From positions 8,295 to 72,294 of the forward strand of contig JBFLWQ010000005.1 in assembly GCA_040757775.1 (NCBI GenBank): a stretch of 64,000 bases of DNA, read 5' to 3'. The stretch's first letter is position 1; each line of letters starts with the position of its first letter. The translations under genes and the position numbers were made by a program. Shown piece after piece: positions 53,101 through 63,123 of the stretch. The stretch comes from Thermodesulfobacteriota bacterium (GTDB lineage Bacteria; Desulfobacterota; UBA8473). The notes under the pieces were generated by a model that had not been told where the DNA came from, ran no database searches, and was given only the letters and a program-made list of their open reading frames with translations.

Positions 53101-54528
53101 GTGAGCGGCGATCATCAGCTGTGGTCGATAATCGCTGGTGGATATGATTATAGGATTAATTCAAATATGTTGCCTGAGTTATCAGAAAACAGATTCAAAA
53201 TACTTGTAACTGAAGCAGAATATCTTCTCAAGAAGTTATTTCCCATTTGCCGTAGTATTACAGGTAATGGTGTCAGGGAGTCTTTAAAAATCTTATTGAA
53301 TATTTGCGACTTTGACGTAAAAGAGATTCCTTCTTCAACGAAGGTATATGATTGGACTATACCTGATGAATGGAATGTGAGGGATGCTTATGTTGCTGAT
53401 TCTAGAGGAAAGCGAATAATCGATTTTCGGAAGAATAATCTTCACTTGGTCAGTTACAGTATTCCAGTTGAAAAGAGACTATCCTTTGAAGAACTCGATC
53501 AGCATCTTCATACTCTGCCTAATCTACCTAACGCAATTCCTTATCGGACAAGTTACTACAACCATAATTGGGGTTTTTGTTTGACTCATGATGACTATGT
53601 AAAACTTGACAGAAGTGATGAATATCATGTCGTAATTGACTCGACACTTGAGCCAGGTTATTTGACATACGGCGAAGAAATAATCAAAGGAAAATCTGAT
53701 AAAGAGTATCTAATATCTTCTTATTGCTGCCACCCATCTCTAGCTAATGACAATCTTTCCGGTGTGGTATTGTGGGCACTTCTTCTTAGAGAAATGCGAG
53801 GAATTGAACTGGAACATAATTATAGGTTTATTTTAGTACCTGAAACAATCGGTGCTATAGCCTACATGGCAATACATGAGGATGAAATGACGAATATTGA
53901 TGGAGCGTATGTTATTACTACTGTAGCAGGGCCTGGTGATTTTGGTTATAAAAAATCATTTAAAGGACATGACACCATTGACAGAGTTGTAAAGAGAACC
54001 CTTGAAGAAGAGAATATAAACTTTAAAGAATACGAATTTAATGCCGCCGAGAGTGATGAGAGGCAATACTCATCACCGTTTTTCAGGATACCTACCGGAA
54101 CTATCTGCAAAGATAAATATTACGAATATAGATATTACCACACATCTCTGGACAATCTTGATTTCATAAGTTCGGAAGATTTAATTAAGTCTTTGGATCT
54201 ATATATGAAAACAATACAAAAGTTGGAAATGAATTTCACATTTGTATCCAAGAATCCTAAGTGTGAGCCGATGCTAAGCAAACGGGGATTATACCCAAAG
54301 ACTGGTGGAGGAGTTTTTCAGAGTGTTAATGAAGGAATCGAACCACAAAAAAGAAAGAATCTTTCAGAACAAGACATTCAAGCAATATCTTGGTTGTTGT
54401 TCCTATCAGATGGAAATTACTCCCTTTTGGATATTTCAGAAAAAACAAAAATTCCATGTAATAGACTTTATGAGAAAGCTAGGATCCTTGAAGAACACGA
54501 CTTACTGACACAAATAGACCGTCTATGA
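53101..54528 (+). CDS. aminopeptidase-like domain protein (DUF4910/COG4310 type) with C-terminal winged-helix
   Basis: 475 aa. LFPICRSITGNGVRESL, YDWTIPDEWNV, CCHPSLANDNLSGV, RQYSSP. The C-terminal LLDISEKTKIPCNRLYEKARILEEHDLL is HTH-like. GTG start uncertain. Confidence 0.6.
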   Translation: MSGDHQLWSIIAGGYDYRINSNMLPELSENRFKILVTEAEYLLKKLFPICRSITGNGVRESLKILLNICDFDVKEIPSSTKVYDWTIPDEWNVRDAYVADSRGKRIIDFRKNNLHLVSYSIPVEKRLSFEELDQHLHTLPNLPNAIPYRTSYYNHNWGFCLTHDDYVKLDRSDEYHVVIDSTLEPGYLTYGEEIIKGKSDKEYLISSYCCHPSLANDNLSGVVLWALLLREMRGIELEHNYRFILVPETIGAIAYMAIHEDEMTNIDGAYVITTVAGPGDFGYKKSFKGHDTIDRVVKRTLEEENINFKEYEFNAAESDERQYSSPFFRIPTGTICKDKYYEYRYYHTSLDNLDFISSEDLIKSLDLYMKTIQKLEMNFTFVSKNPKCEPMLSKRGLYPKTGGGVFQSVNEGIEPQKRKNLSEQDIQAISWLLFLSDGNYSLLDISEKTKIPCNRLYEKARILEEHDLLTQIDRL

Positions 54529-54577
54529 ACCATCTATTTCATTGTGCGACATGATTAATTCAACCATTTGAATAGAA

Positions 54578-55399
54578 ATGGGGGCTAATAAAATGACGTA
54601 TTCTATCGAAGCCAAGGAATTGAGGATTGGTAAGGGTGTTAGAATTGGTGAAGGTGTTAATATTTCATGTAGTGGAGGGACTGCGGAAAAAATAGTAATC
54701 GGAGATGGAGTTTATTTAGGACATCATATTGAAGTTGATTGCCCTATAGTGGAGATAGGTGATTATACAATGATTCGCGAATACACACAGATATTAGGCA
54801 ATAAAAAGTGTGAGATTGGAAGCTGCTGTTGGATTGGTCAATATTGTATAATAAACTCTACAGCCAACTTGAGGATTGGTAATGGTGTTGGTATCGGTGC
54901 CCATAGTCAGCTTTGGACTCATATACGTTTTGGCGACACGCTACAGGGATGCAAATGGGATGATGATAAGGAAATGCTGATTGAAGATGATGTATGGTTT
55001 GTAGGGCACTGTTTAGTTTCGCCAATACACGCTAAACGAAAAAGCATGGCTATGCTAGGTTCTGTAATAACAAAAGATATGGAGGAGAATCATATATATG
55101 CTGGTGTTCCAGCCATAGATGTTACTGAGAAACTTGGCACACAGTATGAGGATGTATCAGTTGACCAAAAATACACCATTATGAACAAAAAGCTTGAAGA
55201 ATTCTACAAGATTAATCCACAATACTCTCGTTCAATAACAGTAGTGAAAAAGTGGACTAAAAAGCAGGATCCAAATGTAACATACTTTAATGTATCCGAC
55301 AGAACTTATGTTAAAAGACTAACTGAAGAGGAAATAGAATTCATGAAATTCTTGCTTATGAAAATCAAATTCTATCCCAAATCTTTTATAATCACCTAG
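54578..55399 (+). CDS. left-handed beta-helix (hexapeptide-repeat) acyl/acetyltransferase
   Basis: 273 aa with repeated [LIV]G-x4 hexads (IGKGVRIGEGVNIS..., IGNGVGIGAHSQLW). The C-terminal ~100 aa are non-repeat. The last 8 nt overlap the convergent transposase ORF. Confidence 0.7.
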   Translation: MGANKMTYSIEAKELRIGKGVRIGEGVNISCSGGTAEKIVIGDGVYLGHHIEVDCPIVEIGDYTMIREYTQILGNKKCEIGSCCWIGQYCIINSTANLRIGNGVGIGAHSQLWTHIRFGDTLQGCKWDDDKEMLIEDDVWFVGHCLVSPIHAKRKSMAMLGSVITKDMEENHIYAGVPAIDVTEKLGTQYEDVSVDQKYTIMNKKLEEFYKINPQYSRSITVVKKWTKKQDPNVTYFNVSDRTYVKRLTEEEIEFMKFLLMKIKFYPKSFIIT

Positions 55400-56183
55400 T
55401 TTTTTGCTCTTTTAAATTCAGATAGCGGTGGTTATAACGCCAGACATATTCTCCAAGGTAAAGATGTAAACGGGAATGCCTTATACCGCCTTTAGCAGTC
55501 AACTTGCGTTTGAGGTAACCCCAAAAACCTTCTAGTCCATTAATATGATTGCCATCAGTTACAAAGCTGTCTTTGCTGTGTTTCACAAGGCGATGGACAT
55601 AACCTTTGGAAGCAATGCCGGTATATCCGCTCCAGGTATCGGAAAATACAACTGAGCCTCTTTTTACCTGTTTTAGGATTCTTGGCTGCAACTCTATGGC
55701 GTCTGCGCTGTCTATCAGTTCGGCCCAGACTTTACCGTTGCGGCACAGTATCCCAAAGACAGCCTGTTTGCTAGTGCCACGGCCACGTTTGGGTTTTTGG
55801 CTACTTCGCTTAACTGATAAGCGTTTGTTTTTCCATTGACCACCAAGATAGGTTTCATCAACCTCAACTGTTCCCTCAAATATATCGGGAACATCTTTGG
55901 TCATTGCAACTCGCAGCAGAGTAAGAATCTTCAGTAACATGTACTTAGAAACATCGACTCTGCTGATTATAATGTTAGTAGAATGCTCAAGTAGAAATTC
56001 CTCTATGATCTGTCGTAATTTGGCCCTTGATATCTTTACAGAGCACCTTGGATCGCTGAATGTTTTCCTGCATTGGGCACATCTATTACGACCATCATTA
56101 AGTAACCATATTTTTGTACTTGAACATTCAAGGCAAATTAGCTTCATACCTGCATAATATAACATTACAGGTACGGATTTTCA
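55359..56183 (-). mobile_element. IS1595-type insertion sequence (boundaries tentative)
   Basis: The only terminal inverted repeat I could find is 8 bp: TGAAAATC at 55359-55366 and GATTTTCA at 56176-56183. The true ends are therefore not established. Confidence 0.3.
55392..56165 (-). CDS. IS1595-family (ISXO2-like) transposase
   Basis: 257 aa. N-terminal Zn ribbon CLECSS...CAQCRK and a DDE-type core (VEVDETYLGG, VVFSDTWSGY, HINGLEGFWGYLKRKL). This is the only convincing minus-strand gene in the window. Confidence 0.85.
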   Translation of the reverse strand: MLYYAGMKLICLECSSTKIWLLNDGRNRCAQCRKTFSDPRCSVKISRAKLRQIIEEFLLEHSTNIIISRVDVSKYMLLKILTLLRVAMTKDVPDIFEGTVEVDETYLGGQWKNKRLSVKRSSQKPKRGRGTSKQAVFGILCRNGKVWAELIDSADAIELQPRILKQVKRGSVVFSDTWSGYTGIASKGYVHRLVKHSKDSFVTDGNHINGLEGFWGYLKRKLTAKGGIRHSRLHLYLGEYVWRYNHRYLNLKEQKTR

Positions 56184-56313
56184 AACTTTACCCTTTATTT
56201 TGTGTGGAATTTTTCGTCATTACGGGTTTCAAAAGGAGGCGATTAGAATGCTTATGGGTAAGAGATTGGATAAAGACATATATAGAACATGAAATAGTAA
56301 AAAAGGGATAAAT

Positions 56314-57966
56314 ATGAAAAATCAACTGAAAATATTATTGATAAATCCATTCTTCTTTTTCTTTTCACAAGATCGATACGATTTAGAAAAAGTGAAAAAT
56401 AAGACGGAGTTTGTTGAAGCTCCACTTGGACTTGGGTACCTTTCGGCTTATATTAAGAAGTATTTTAAAAATATAGACATAGAAGTGTATGATGCAAATG
56501 CTATGGCAATTAGTGAAATAATAAAATCAAACGATGTCAATATGAAACATTTATTTGGATTAGTTGAGACCAAGATAAAAACGTACCGGCCTGATATTAT
56601 TGGAATTTCAGCGCTATTTGAATTTAATGGATATATAGCTTTGAAATTCATACATTTAGTAAAAAAAGCAGAAAAAAACATTATTACAATTATGGGTGGC
56701 GCTTATGCTTCACACAGTTTCAATAAAGCATTTAAGAATAAAAATTTGGATTTTATCATAAAGGGGGAAGGCGAGGAAGGATTCAGACAGTTCATTGAAT
56801 ATATTTTAAACGAAAGGAATGTTAAAGACGTTGGAAGCCTAATATATCGTAGTAACGGAGGAATAAAAGCAAATTCCACTGTATTAGTTAACAACATTGA
56901 TACAATTCCGCGGGTCGATAGATCAAATTTTTTGATGGATTTATATGCGAGTTATTCTGTCAGGTTAGCTAATCGTCATTCGAAGATTAGTTATATACCC
57001 AGACTAGCTTCCATATTAACATCCCGGGGATGTCCCTATAAATGTGCCTTTTGTTCAACAAGACTGCAGTGGGGACCAAAGATAAGATATCGTAAAATAA
57101 GCGATGTCATGTCTGAAATTAAGTGGTTAAAAGACACATACAATATTAACACATTCTTTTTCCCTGATGATAATATCTGTACCAACTCAAAACATTTTAT
57201 TGAGTTCTTAAAACAACTTAAAAAGGAGAAGATTAAATGGCTCAGTGGCGGATTTCAAGTTTCAGCTATGACAGATGAAGCTATTAATCTTTGCATTGAA
57301 TCAGGTTTGTTATATTTCCCGATGTCTTTCGAATCAGGAGCTAATGAAACTCTAAAAAAATTGAAAAAACCACTAAATATTAAACAATCTGAAGACTTTG
57401 TAAAAAGAGCCCGTTTAATAGATAATAATATATATATTTTTGGTTCTTGGATTACCGCCTTGCCATTTGAAACCTTAGAAGATATTGATAAAACGCATGC
57501 TTTTGCAAAATATTTGGATTTAGATTGGTCTTCTTTTTATTGTTACCAACCATATCCAGGGACAGAAATATATCAATATTGTATCGATAAAGGTTACATT
57601 CAAGAAAATGAAGAAAATGTGAAAAGCCCTGTTGCTTTGTTAAATGCAATCAGTACTGAGAATTTTTCTGCAAGTGAAGTTGTCTTTAAGAATTATTGCG
57701 CTAATATTGATATTAATTTTTTAAATAATAGAAACCTGAATGGTAGGGGTAATTTCACCCAAGCATACCGTGATTTTGTCGATATAATAAATAACTATCC
57801 AACACACGTTTTTGCTCATTATGCCTTATCAAACTACTTTAATAATCTGGGTAATAAAAAAAAATCAAGATATTTTCTGATGAAAGCAAGAGAAAGTTCT
57901 GAAGTAGAAAAATTTTATGAACCATTCATAAAACACTTTAATTTAACAAAAGAACTATTAGAATAG
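56314..57966 (+). CDS. B12-binding-domain radical SAM protein
   Basis: 550 aa. N-terminal Rossmann-like cobalamin-binding region (ILLINPFF...LGLGYLSAYIKK...DIIGISALF), then SRGCPYKCAFCS (CxxxCxxC), and a helical-repeat C-terminal tail. Extremely AT-rich. Confidence 0.75.
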   Translation: MKNQLKILLINPFFFFFSQDRYDLEKVKNKTEFVEAPLGLGYLSAYIKKYFKNIDIEVYDANAMAISEIIKSNDVNMKHLFGLVETKIKTYRPDIIGISALFEFNGYIALKFIHLVKKAEKNIITIMGGAYASHSFNKAFKNKNLDFIIKGEGEEGFRQFIEYILNERNVKDVGSLIYRSNGGIKANSTVLVNNIDTIPRVDRSNFLMDLYASYSVRLANRHSKISYIPRLASILTSRGCPYKCAFCSTRLQWGPKIRYRKISDVMSEIKWLKDTYNINTFFFPDDNICTNSKHFIEFLKQLKKEKIKWLSGGFQVSAMTDEAINLCIESGLLYFPMSFESGANETLKKLKKPLNIKQSEDFVKRARLIDNNIYIFGSWITALPFETLEDIDKTHAFAKYLDLDWSSFYCYQPYPGTEIYQYCIDKGYIQENEENVKSPVALLNAISTENFSASEVVFKNYCANIDINFLNNRNLNGRGNFTQAYRDFVDIINNYPTHVFAHYALSNYFNNLGNKKKSRYFLMKARESSEVEKFYEPFIKHFNLTKELLE

Positions 57967-58235
57967 CTTACGCATGGGCTCAATAGAAAGCCTAGTATAA
58001 ACACTAGATGTTTGATTCAATGTATTCAAAATAAGGCTCCCTTGAGGTTCATTCCGGAATTCCATAAGACCACAGGCGTAATAACGCGTTAGGACAGGCT
58101 GTACCCAAGAATTTCAAAAGGTTCATCATAGCAAGTATTCGGACGTCGTGATTCGAGAATTTTACTTTCTCACGATTATCATTTCTTTTTATAAGGGCGC
58201 ATAAGTAGGGATTTAGTTTTCACACGAATAATATT

Positions 58236-59933
58236 ATGGGAAAATTAAAACAGTATTATCAAATTGTTAGGTTGGTAGTGAGCATTATCCGTCATAGCAT
58301 TTTCTATATTGTTAGAAACCTGAAAGGTATTTTTTCAAGTCCCAAAACTCATCTAAAAAAAGTGGATCAATCTGTGGATTCTACATACCAAAATTTTTTA
58401 AAAATAAACTATTCAGTTTGGGAAAATTTTCTTGAAGATATTAAGGATATAAAAAAGGGATATATTCTCATTGATGGGCGTGTCAATCACCCAGGATATT
58501 TAATGACAAATATAATTGTCGCAAATTACATCCGTAAAAATACCCAACTATACCCCTTAGCTTTTTTGACCGGTCGAAAAGAAAAAAAAATCAGTAATTT
58601 TTTTATGTCTTACGGGGTAAAAGATTTTTTTCATCTTAACGCTAACAAAAGTAATCTTATCTGTATTCTAAAAAGCTTCCTCACACTTGTCAAATTGGCA
58701 TCTACTTTGAAAAGAACAGATGATATACTTAAATTAAAGATTGATGGTATATCGATTGGTTATCTGCTTTATGACGAATATCTTAAACAGACGGGCAATG
58801 GAACAATTAAGACAATAACATTTAATTTTTACTGGGTTACATTTTGGGCGTTGCGCTGTTACTACCATTTCGACAGACTATTCAAGAAGAAAAACATATC
58901 GATAGTTGTACAGCCTGAGATAAACTATGTCGTTGGAGGGTTACTGAGTAGAGTTGCCTTGAAACATGGCGCCGTTATTTACTCTCCGTGGTATTGGAGA
59001 TATGGAATCGCGGTCAGAAAGTATGATGATCCAAAATCTATTCACACTTATCAGGCAAGACCTTCCAAAAAACTTTATGATTATTTCTATAAAAATCACA
59101 AAAATGAAGCTATTAAAGCTGCCGAAGAATTTTTACAGCAACGGTTTTCAGGAGAGGACGAAGACAAGGATGCTGTATTAGCTTTTTCTAAGACAAAAAG
59201 AGTATTATCAAAATTAGAAATCTGTAAGATGTTTGGATGGTCTATCAATGTCCCAATCGTATGCATAATGTCACATGTTTTTGTGGATGCACCCCATTGC
59301 AATAATTGGATGCTTTTTAGAGATTTTCTAACATGGTATCAGCTAACACTTAAGGCTATCCATTCGATAGACCATGTAAATTGGTTAATTAAGGCCCACC
59401 CTTCTGAGAAGTATTATTTTTGCAGGGAAACCACTGAAAGTGAATACCAAATCTTAGCTGGAGATTGTTCCCATGTAAAAATTTTGCCTGATGATGTGAA
59501 CTCAAAATCTTTACTTAGTACCGTTCAAGCTATAGTGACAGTATCTGGAACTGCGGGATTGGAGTTTTCATGTTTTGGTATTCCTTGCATTTTATCTGGT
59601 GAGAGTTCATATTCTGGTTTCGGGTTTACGACTGAGCCGCAGTCGCAAAAAGATTATTTTGAGTTACTAAAAAACATTCACAAAGTTAGACCGTTAGATA
59701 ACCACCAAATTGAGAAAGCAAAATTATTTGCGTATCTATATTTTATCTTATTCTGGGTACATTGCAATCTGATTCCAGCGATGAGTACCCATAATGATTT
59801 CGAAGAAGAATGTGTATGGAAAGAAGCGACAGATATGATAATAAACCACAAACCATCAGATGAGAAACTCTTTCATCTAGTTCAAGCACAGATGGCTGGA
59901 AATCATACACGTTTAGTAAATTGGGATTTTTAA
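58236..59933 (+). CDS. capsule-polysaccharide-biosynthesis (KpsC/KpsS-like) family protein candidate
   Basis: 565 aa. WLIKAHPSEKY...ILPDDVNSKSLLSTVQAIVTVSGTAGLEFSCFGIPCILSGESSYSGFGFT resembles the Capsule_synth family pattern. This is assigned from memory only. Confidence 0.4.
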   Translation: MGKLKQYYQIVRLVVSIIRHSIFYIVRNLKGIFSSPKTHLKKVDQSVDSTYQNFLKINYSVWENFLEDIKDIKKGYILIDGRVNHPGYLMTNIIVANYIRKNTQLYPLAFLTGRKEKKISNFFMSYGVKDFFHLNANKSNLICILKSFLTLVKLASTLKRTDDILKLKIDGISIGYLLYDEYLKQTGNGTIKTITFNFYWVTFWALRCYYHFDRLFKKKNISIVVQPEINYVVGGLLSRVALKHGAVIYSPWYWRYGIAVRKYDDPKSIHTYQARPSKKLYDYFYKNHKNEAIKAAEEFLQQRFSGEDEDKDAVLAFSKTKRVLSKLEICKMFGWSINVPIVCIMSHVFVDAPHCNNWMLFRDFLTWYQLTLKAIHSIDHVNWLIKAHPSEKYYFCRETTESEYQILAGDCSHVKILPDDVNSKSLLSTVQAIVTVSGTAGLEFSCFGIPCILSGESSYSGFGFTTEPQSQKDYFELLKNIHKVRPLDNHQIEKAKLFAYLYFILFWVHCNLIPAMSTHNDFEEECVWKEATDMIINHKPSDEKLFHLVQAQMAGNHTRLVNWDF

Positions 59934-60009
59934 CTTGATAATTCCCTGGAGCTTGCTACAGGGTTTCAATAGTCATTGCGAACCCCCTATCAAGTACGGG
60001 GCAGGCGCA

Positions 60010-60055
60010 GGAATCCAGAAAACTAAAAGACTGGATTCCGTGTCAAGCACGGAAT
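60010..60055 (+). repeat. REP-like element with two mutually exclusive hairpins
   Basis: GGAATCCAG (60010-18) / CTGGATTCC (60031-39) competes with ATTCCGTG (60035-42) / CACGGAAT (60048-55). The two stems share the ATTCC bases. Confidence 0.6.
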
Positions 60056-60089
60056 GGCAGAATAATATTATGTGAATCAGAAATAAAAT

Positions 60090-60920
60090 ATGAAATGTAA
60101 TGTATGTAATTCAAAGCTTATCTTTATCTTTACCAAAAAAGTTCTTTACAAGTATGATGTTGATTACTTTCAATGTTCAAATTGTCAATTTATTCAAACA
60201 CAATCTCCATATTGGCTGAAGGAGACTTACAAAAATAATACACTTGGAGTACTGGACGTTGGCGCTGTTAATAGAAATGTGTTAATGGTTGAAATTTCAG
60301 AAAGGATAATTAACGCGCTATTCCCATCAGCATCAAAATTTCTTGATTTTGGAGGTGGTACCGGGTTGTTTGTGAGAATGATGAGAGATAAGGGATACAA
60401 CTTTTATAGACAGGATAAATACAGTGAAAATATTTTTGCGAAATACTTTGATATTAACGATTTGAAAGATTTTACCAAATTTGATTTGTTAACTGCATTT
60501 GAGGTCTTTGAACACTTTGAAAACCCGATTGATGAGATTAACAATATGTTACTATTATCAGATTCTTTACTATTTAGTACTGAGTTGCAGCCAGAAAATA
60601 ATATCGAAGATTGGTGGTATTTTGTGGCAGAGGAAGGGGAACATATATCTTTCTATAGTATTGAAACATTAAGAGAAATTTCCAATAGATTAAATTGTTT
60701 CTTTTTCACAGATGGATCAAGTATACATTTTTTAACAAAGAGAAGATTCCCAATTGATAATAAAAAGTTTAAACGTATTTTATTCCCTCTAAGAATTGTT
60801 GTTTATAGGAAACTTATAGAAAAATTATTTTTATGTAAGCACAGAAGACAAAAAAGACAATCTCTAATAAAAAAAGATTTTAACTATATAAAATCAAAAT
60901 TAAATAGTTCAAATCAATGA
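60090..60920 (+). CDS. class I SAM-dependent methyltransferase with N-terminal Zn-ribbon
   Basis: 276 aa. CNVCNS...CSNCQF ribbon, SAM motif I LDFGGGTGLF, and acidic post-I residue (FYRQDKY). Confidence 0.7.
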   Translation: MKCNVCNSKLIFIFTKKVLYKYDVDYFQCSNCQFIQTQSPYWLKETYKNNTLGVLDVGAVNRNVLMVEISERIINALFPSASKFLDFGGGTGLFVRMMRDKGYNFYRQDKYSENIFAKYFDINDLKDFTKFDLLTAFEVFEHFENPIDEINNMLLLSDSLLFSTELQPENNIEDWWYFVAEEGEHISFYSIETLREISNRLNCFFFTDGSSIHFLTKRRFPIDNKKFKRILFPLRIVVYRKLIEKLFLCKHRRQKRQSLIKKDFNYIKSKLNSSNQ

Positions 60921-61027
60921 ACTATGACTGAATATTTTCAAGAAACCAAGATCATCTAGGCTATGAACGCTTTTTTGTTAGTATTTAAACTTTTGACTCA
61001 CCTTTGTTCAAAGAGTTGATTAAACAT

Positions 61028-62140
61028 ATGAACGTTGTTATCGATGGGATAATATATAAAATGCAGGCATGGGGAGGAATTGCCCGTATCTTTAATGAAA
61101 TTCTTCCACGTATATGTAATATCGACAGGTCACTCCACATTACCTTATTGAGTTATAAGAGCAACTGCCAAACTTTACCAGCCCATGATAATATCCATGA
61201 CCTATCTCTTCCTCAGGCACAAAGATTCTTGCGCCCTGGTTTTTTATGGAGACCATTTGTGCCAAAAATTCAACAGCAGATATATAACCTATTTCTTAAG
61301 GAGTTACAAAAACAGATATGGCATTCAAGTTATTATACCCTTCCTGATTTATGGAAGGGCCCTCTCGTAATAACAGTTCCTGATATGGCACATGAACGTT
61401 ACCCGGAGTTTTTTGGAAAAGAAATAAAAGAGTTTCGTAAGCTGAAGCAACGATGTATTCTTAATGCCGATGCAATCATCGCCATATCGCAGACAACGAA
61501 AAACGATCTGATTTCATTCTATGCCATAAATGCCGATAAAATATGGGTTGTTCCGCCGGCGTGCAGCGACGTTTTCAGGGAGAAAGGAGCTGATGAGCAC
61601 TGGGCTGCAATAATACCCGGAAAGCCATACCTGCTTTATGTGGGTATCCGGTCACATTATAAGAATGTCGATCGACTGATAGAGGCATATCGACAATGGC
61701 GGGGGCATGAGGAAGTTGATCTGGTAGTTGTTGGTAGGCCATGGACATTGAATCAGATTGATGAGTTGAAGAGGCTCGGGTTGGATAGGTACGTTCATCT
61801 TCTCGGACACATCGATGATCGCACTCTGGCGAAGCTCTATCGCAGGGCAGTGGCATTGGTATACCCATCGCTTTACGAAGGATTTGGAATCCCATTACTT
61901 GAGGCAATGGCTTGCGGATGTCCCATTGTTGCTTCAAAAATACCATCAACAATTGAGGTTGCGGGTAAATGCCCTGTGTACTTTGATCCTCAGGATTCAG
62001 ACAGTATGGTAAATGCATTTGAAATAGCGTTAACTGAGGGGCGAAATTCTGCCCGGGTTGAAAAAGGTTTTGAAAAAATCAAGCATTATTCATGGGATAA
62101 AACTGCACAGCAAACCCTTGAAGTATATAGGGGTCTTTAA
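61028..62140 (+). CDS. family 4 (GT-B, group 1) glycosyltransferase
   Basis: E-x7-E region PSLYEGFGIPLLEAMACGCPIVAS. ATG 61028 (MNVVIDG) is preferred over the ORF-track TTG at 61004. Confidence 0.85.
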   Translation: MNVVIDGIIYKMQAWGGIARIFNEILPRICNIDRSLHITLLSYKSNCQTLPAHDNIHDLSLPQAQRFLRPGFLWRPFVPKIQQQIYNLFLKELQKQIWHSSYYTLPDLWKGPLVITVPDMAHERYPEFFGKEIKEFRKLKQRCILNADAIIAISQTTKNDLISFYAINADKIWVVPPACSDVFREKGADEHWAAIIPGKPYLLYVGIRSHYKNVDRLIEAYRQWRGHEEVDLVVVGRPWTLNQIDELKRLGLDRYVHLLGHIDDRTLAKLYRRAVALVYPSLYEGFGIPLLEAMACGCPIVASKIPSTIEVAGKCPVYFDPQDSDSMVNAFEIALTEGRNSARVEKGFEKIKHYSWDKTAQQTLEVYRGL

Positions 62141-63099
62141 TGATTTGCCCAACATTAAAAGATCTTCCCCCTCCTCTGTCAGGAAAAACCGGTTGGCCAT
62201 GGACAGAAGAAACCCCGCCATTGCAGGATGCAATGTCAAAAAACCTTGAATTGCCGAAAATCAGTATAGTTACGCCTTCATATAATCAGGGGCAATTTCT
62301 TGAGGAAACAATCCGTTCTGTTTTGCTTCAAGGGTATCATGACCTTGAATACATTATTATAGATGGGGGAAGTACTGACAATAGCGTAGAAATAATTCGG
62401 AAATACGAGCCATGGTTAACTTATTGGGTAAGCGAGAAAGATAACGGGCAATCCCATGCCATCAACAAAGGGTGGAAAATGTCTACCGGTGAAATAATTG
62501 CTTATCTTAATTCTGATGATACTTATAAATCAGGATCTGTTTCCTATGTGGCAAAATATTTTCAGGAACATCCGGAAGTAGATATGGTTTATAGCGATAT
62601 ACATATAATTGATCAACAGGATAAAATTATAAAACCCTGGTCAAGAAAAGAATTTGATTTAGAAAAATATATAACTGACTATAATTATTACATACCCCAG
62701 CAAGGCGTCTTCTTTAGAAGTAGCATCCTTGAAAAGGTAGGTTTTCTGGATGAAAATCTCCATTTCAAGATGGATCGGGATTTTTTTATAAGGATTGGAA
62801 AAATCGGCGTTGTAAAAAGAATACCAGAGTATTTAGCAAATTTCAGAACCCATCCTAGTGCAAAATCAATTCCTAAAAATGAAGGGAGGGCATGGAGAGA
62901 GTTTATTCAAATTCGTCGTAGATATGGTGCTTCTTTCTCACCCAAACTTTATTTTAGCCATTATTCAGGGCTGATTAAACAGAAGTTCCTTGTAAATCCT
63001 CTAATGAAATTTACTTTAGGAGAAAGCTTAGTCAATATGATACGGGATAAAAACATAAAACGGGAATTAGGGCTATATGAAAAAAGGGATAATCGTTAA
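62140..63099 (+). CDS. family 2 glycosyltransferase
   Basis: 319 aa, KISIVTPSYNQGQFLEETIRSVL.Q.Y..LEYIIIDGGSTD...NSDD. ATGA overlap with the GT4 gene. Confidence 0.85.
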   Translation: MICPTLKDLPPPLSGKTGWPWTEETPPLQDAMSKNLELPKISIVTPSYNQGQFLEETIRSVLLQGYHDLEYIIIDGGSTDNSVEIIRKYEPWLTYWVSEKDNGQSHAINKGWKMSTGEIIAYLNSDDTYKSGSVSYVAKYFQEHPEVDMVYSDIHIIDQQDKIIKPWSRKEFDLEKYITDYNYYIPQQGVFFRSSILEKVGFLDENLHFKMDRDFFIRIGKIGVVKRIPEYLANFRTHPSAKSIPKNEGRAWREFIQIRRRYGASFSPKLYFSHYSGLIKQKFLVNPLMKFTLGESLVNMIRDKNIKRELGLYEKRDNR

Positions 63100-63123
63100 A
63101 GTTAAGAGGGCTAGAAGAAATTT

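Noticed and set aside
55606-56311. Plus-strand ORFs of 77, 86 and 65 aa within and next to the IS.
   Set aside because: The first two are antisense shadows of the intact transposase gene. The third spans the IS-flanking spacer and has no recognisable motif or ribosome-binding site.
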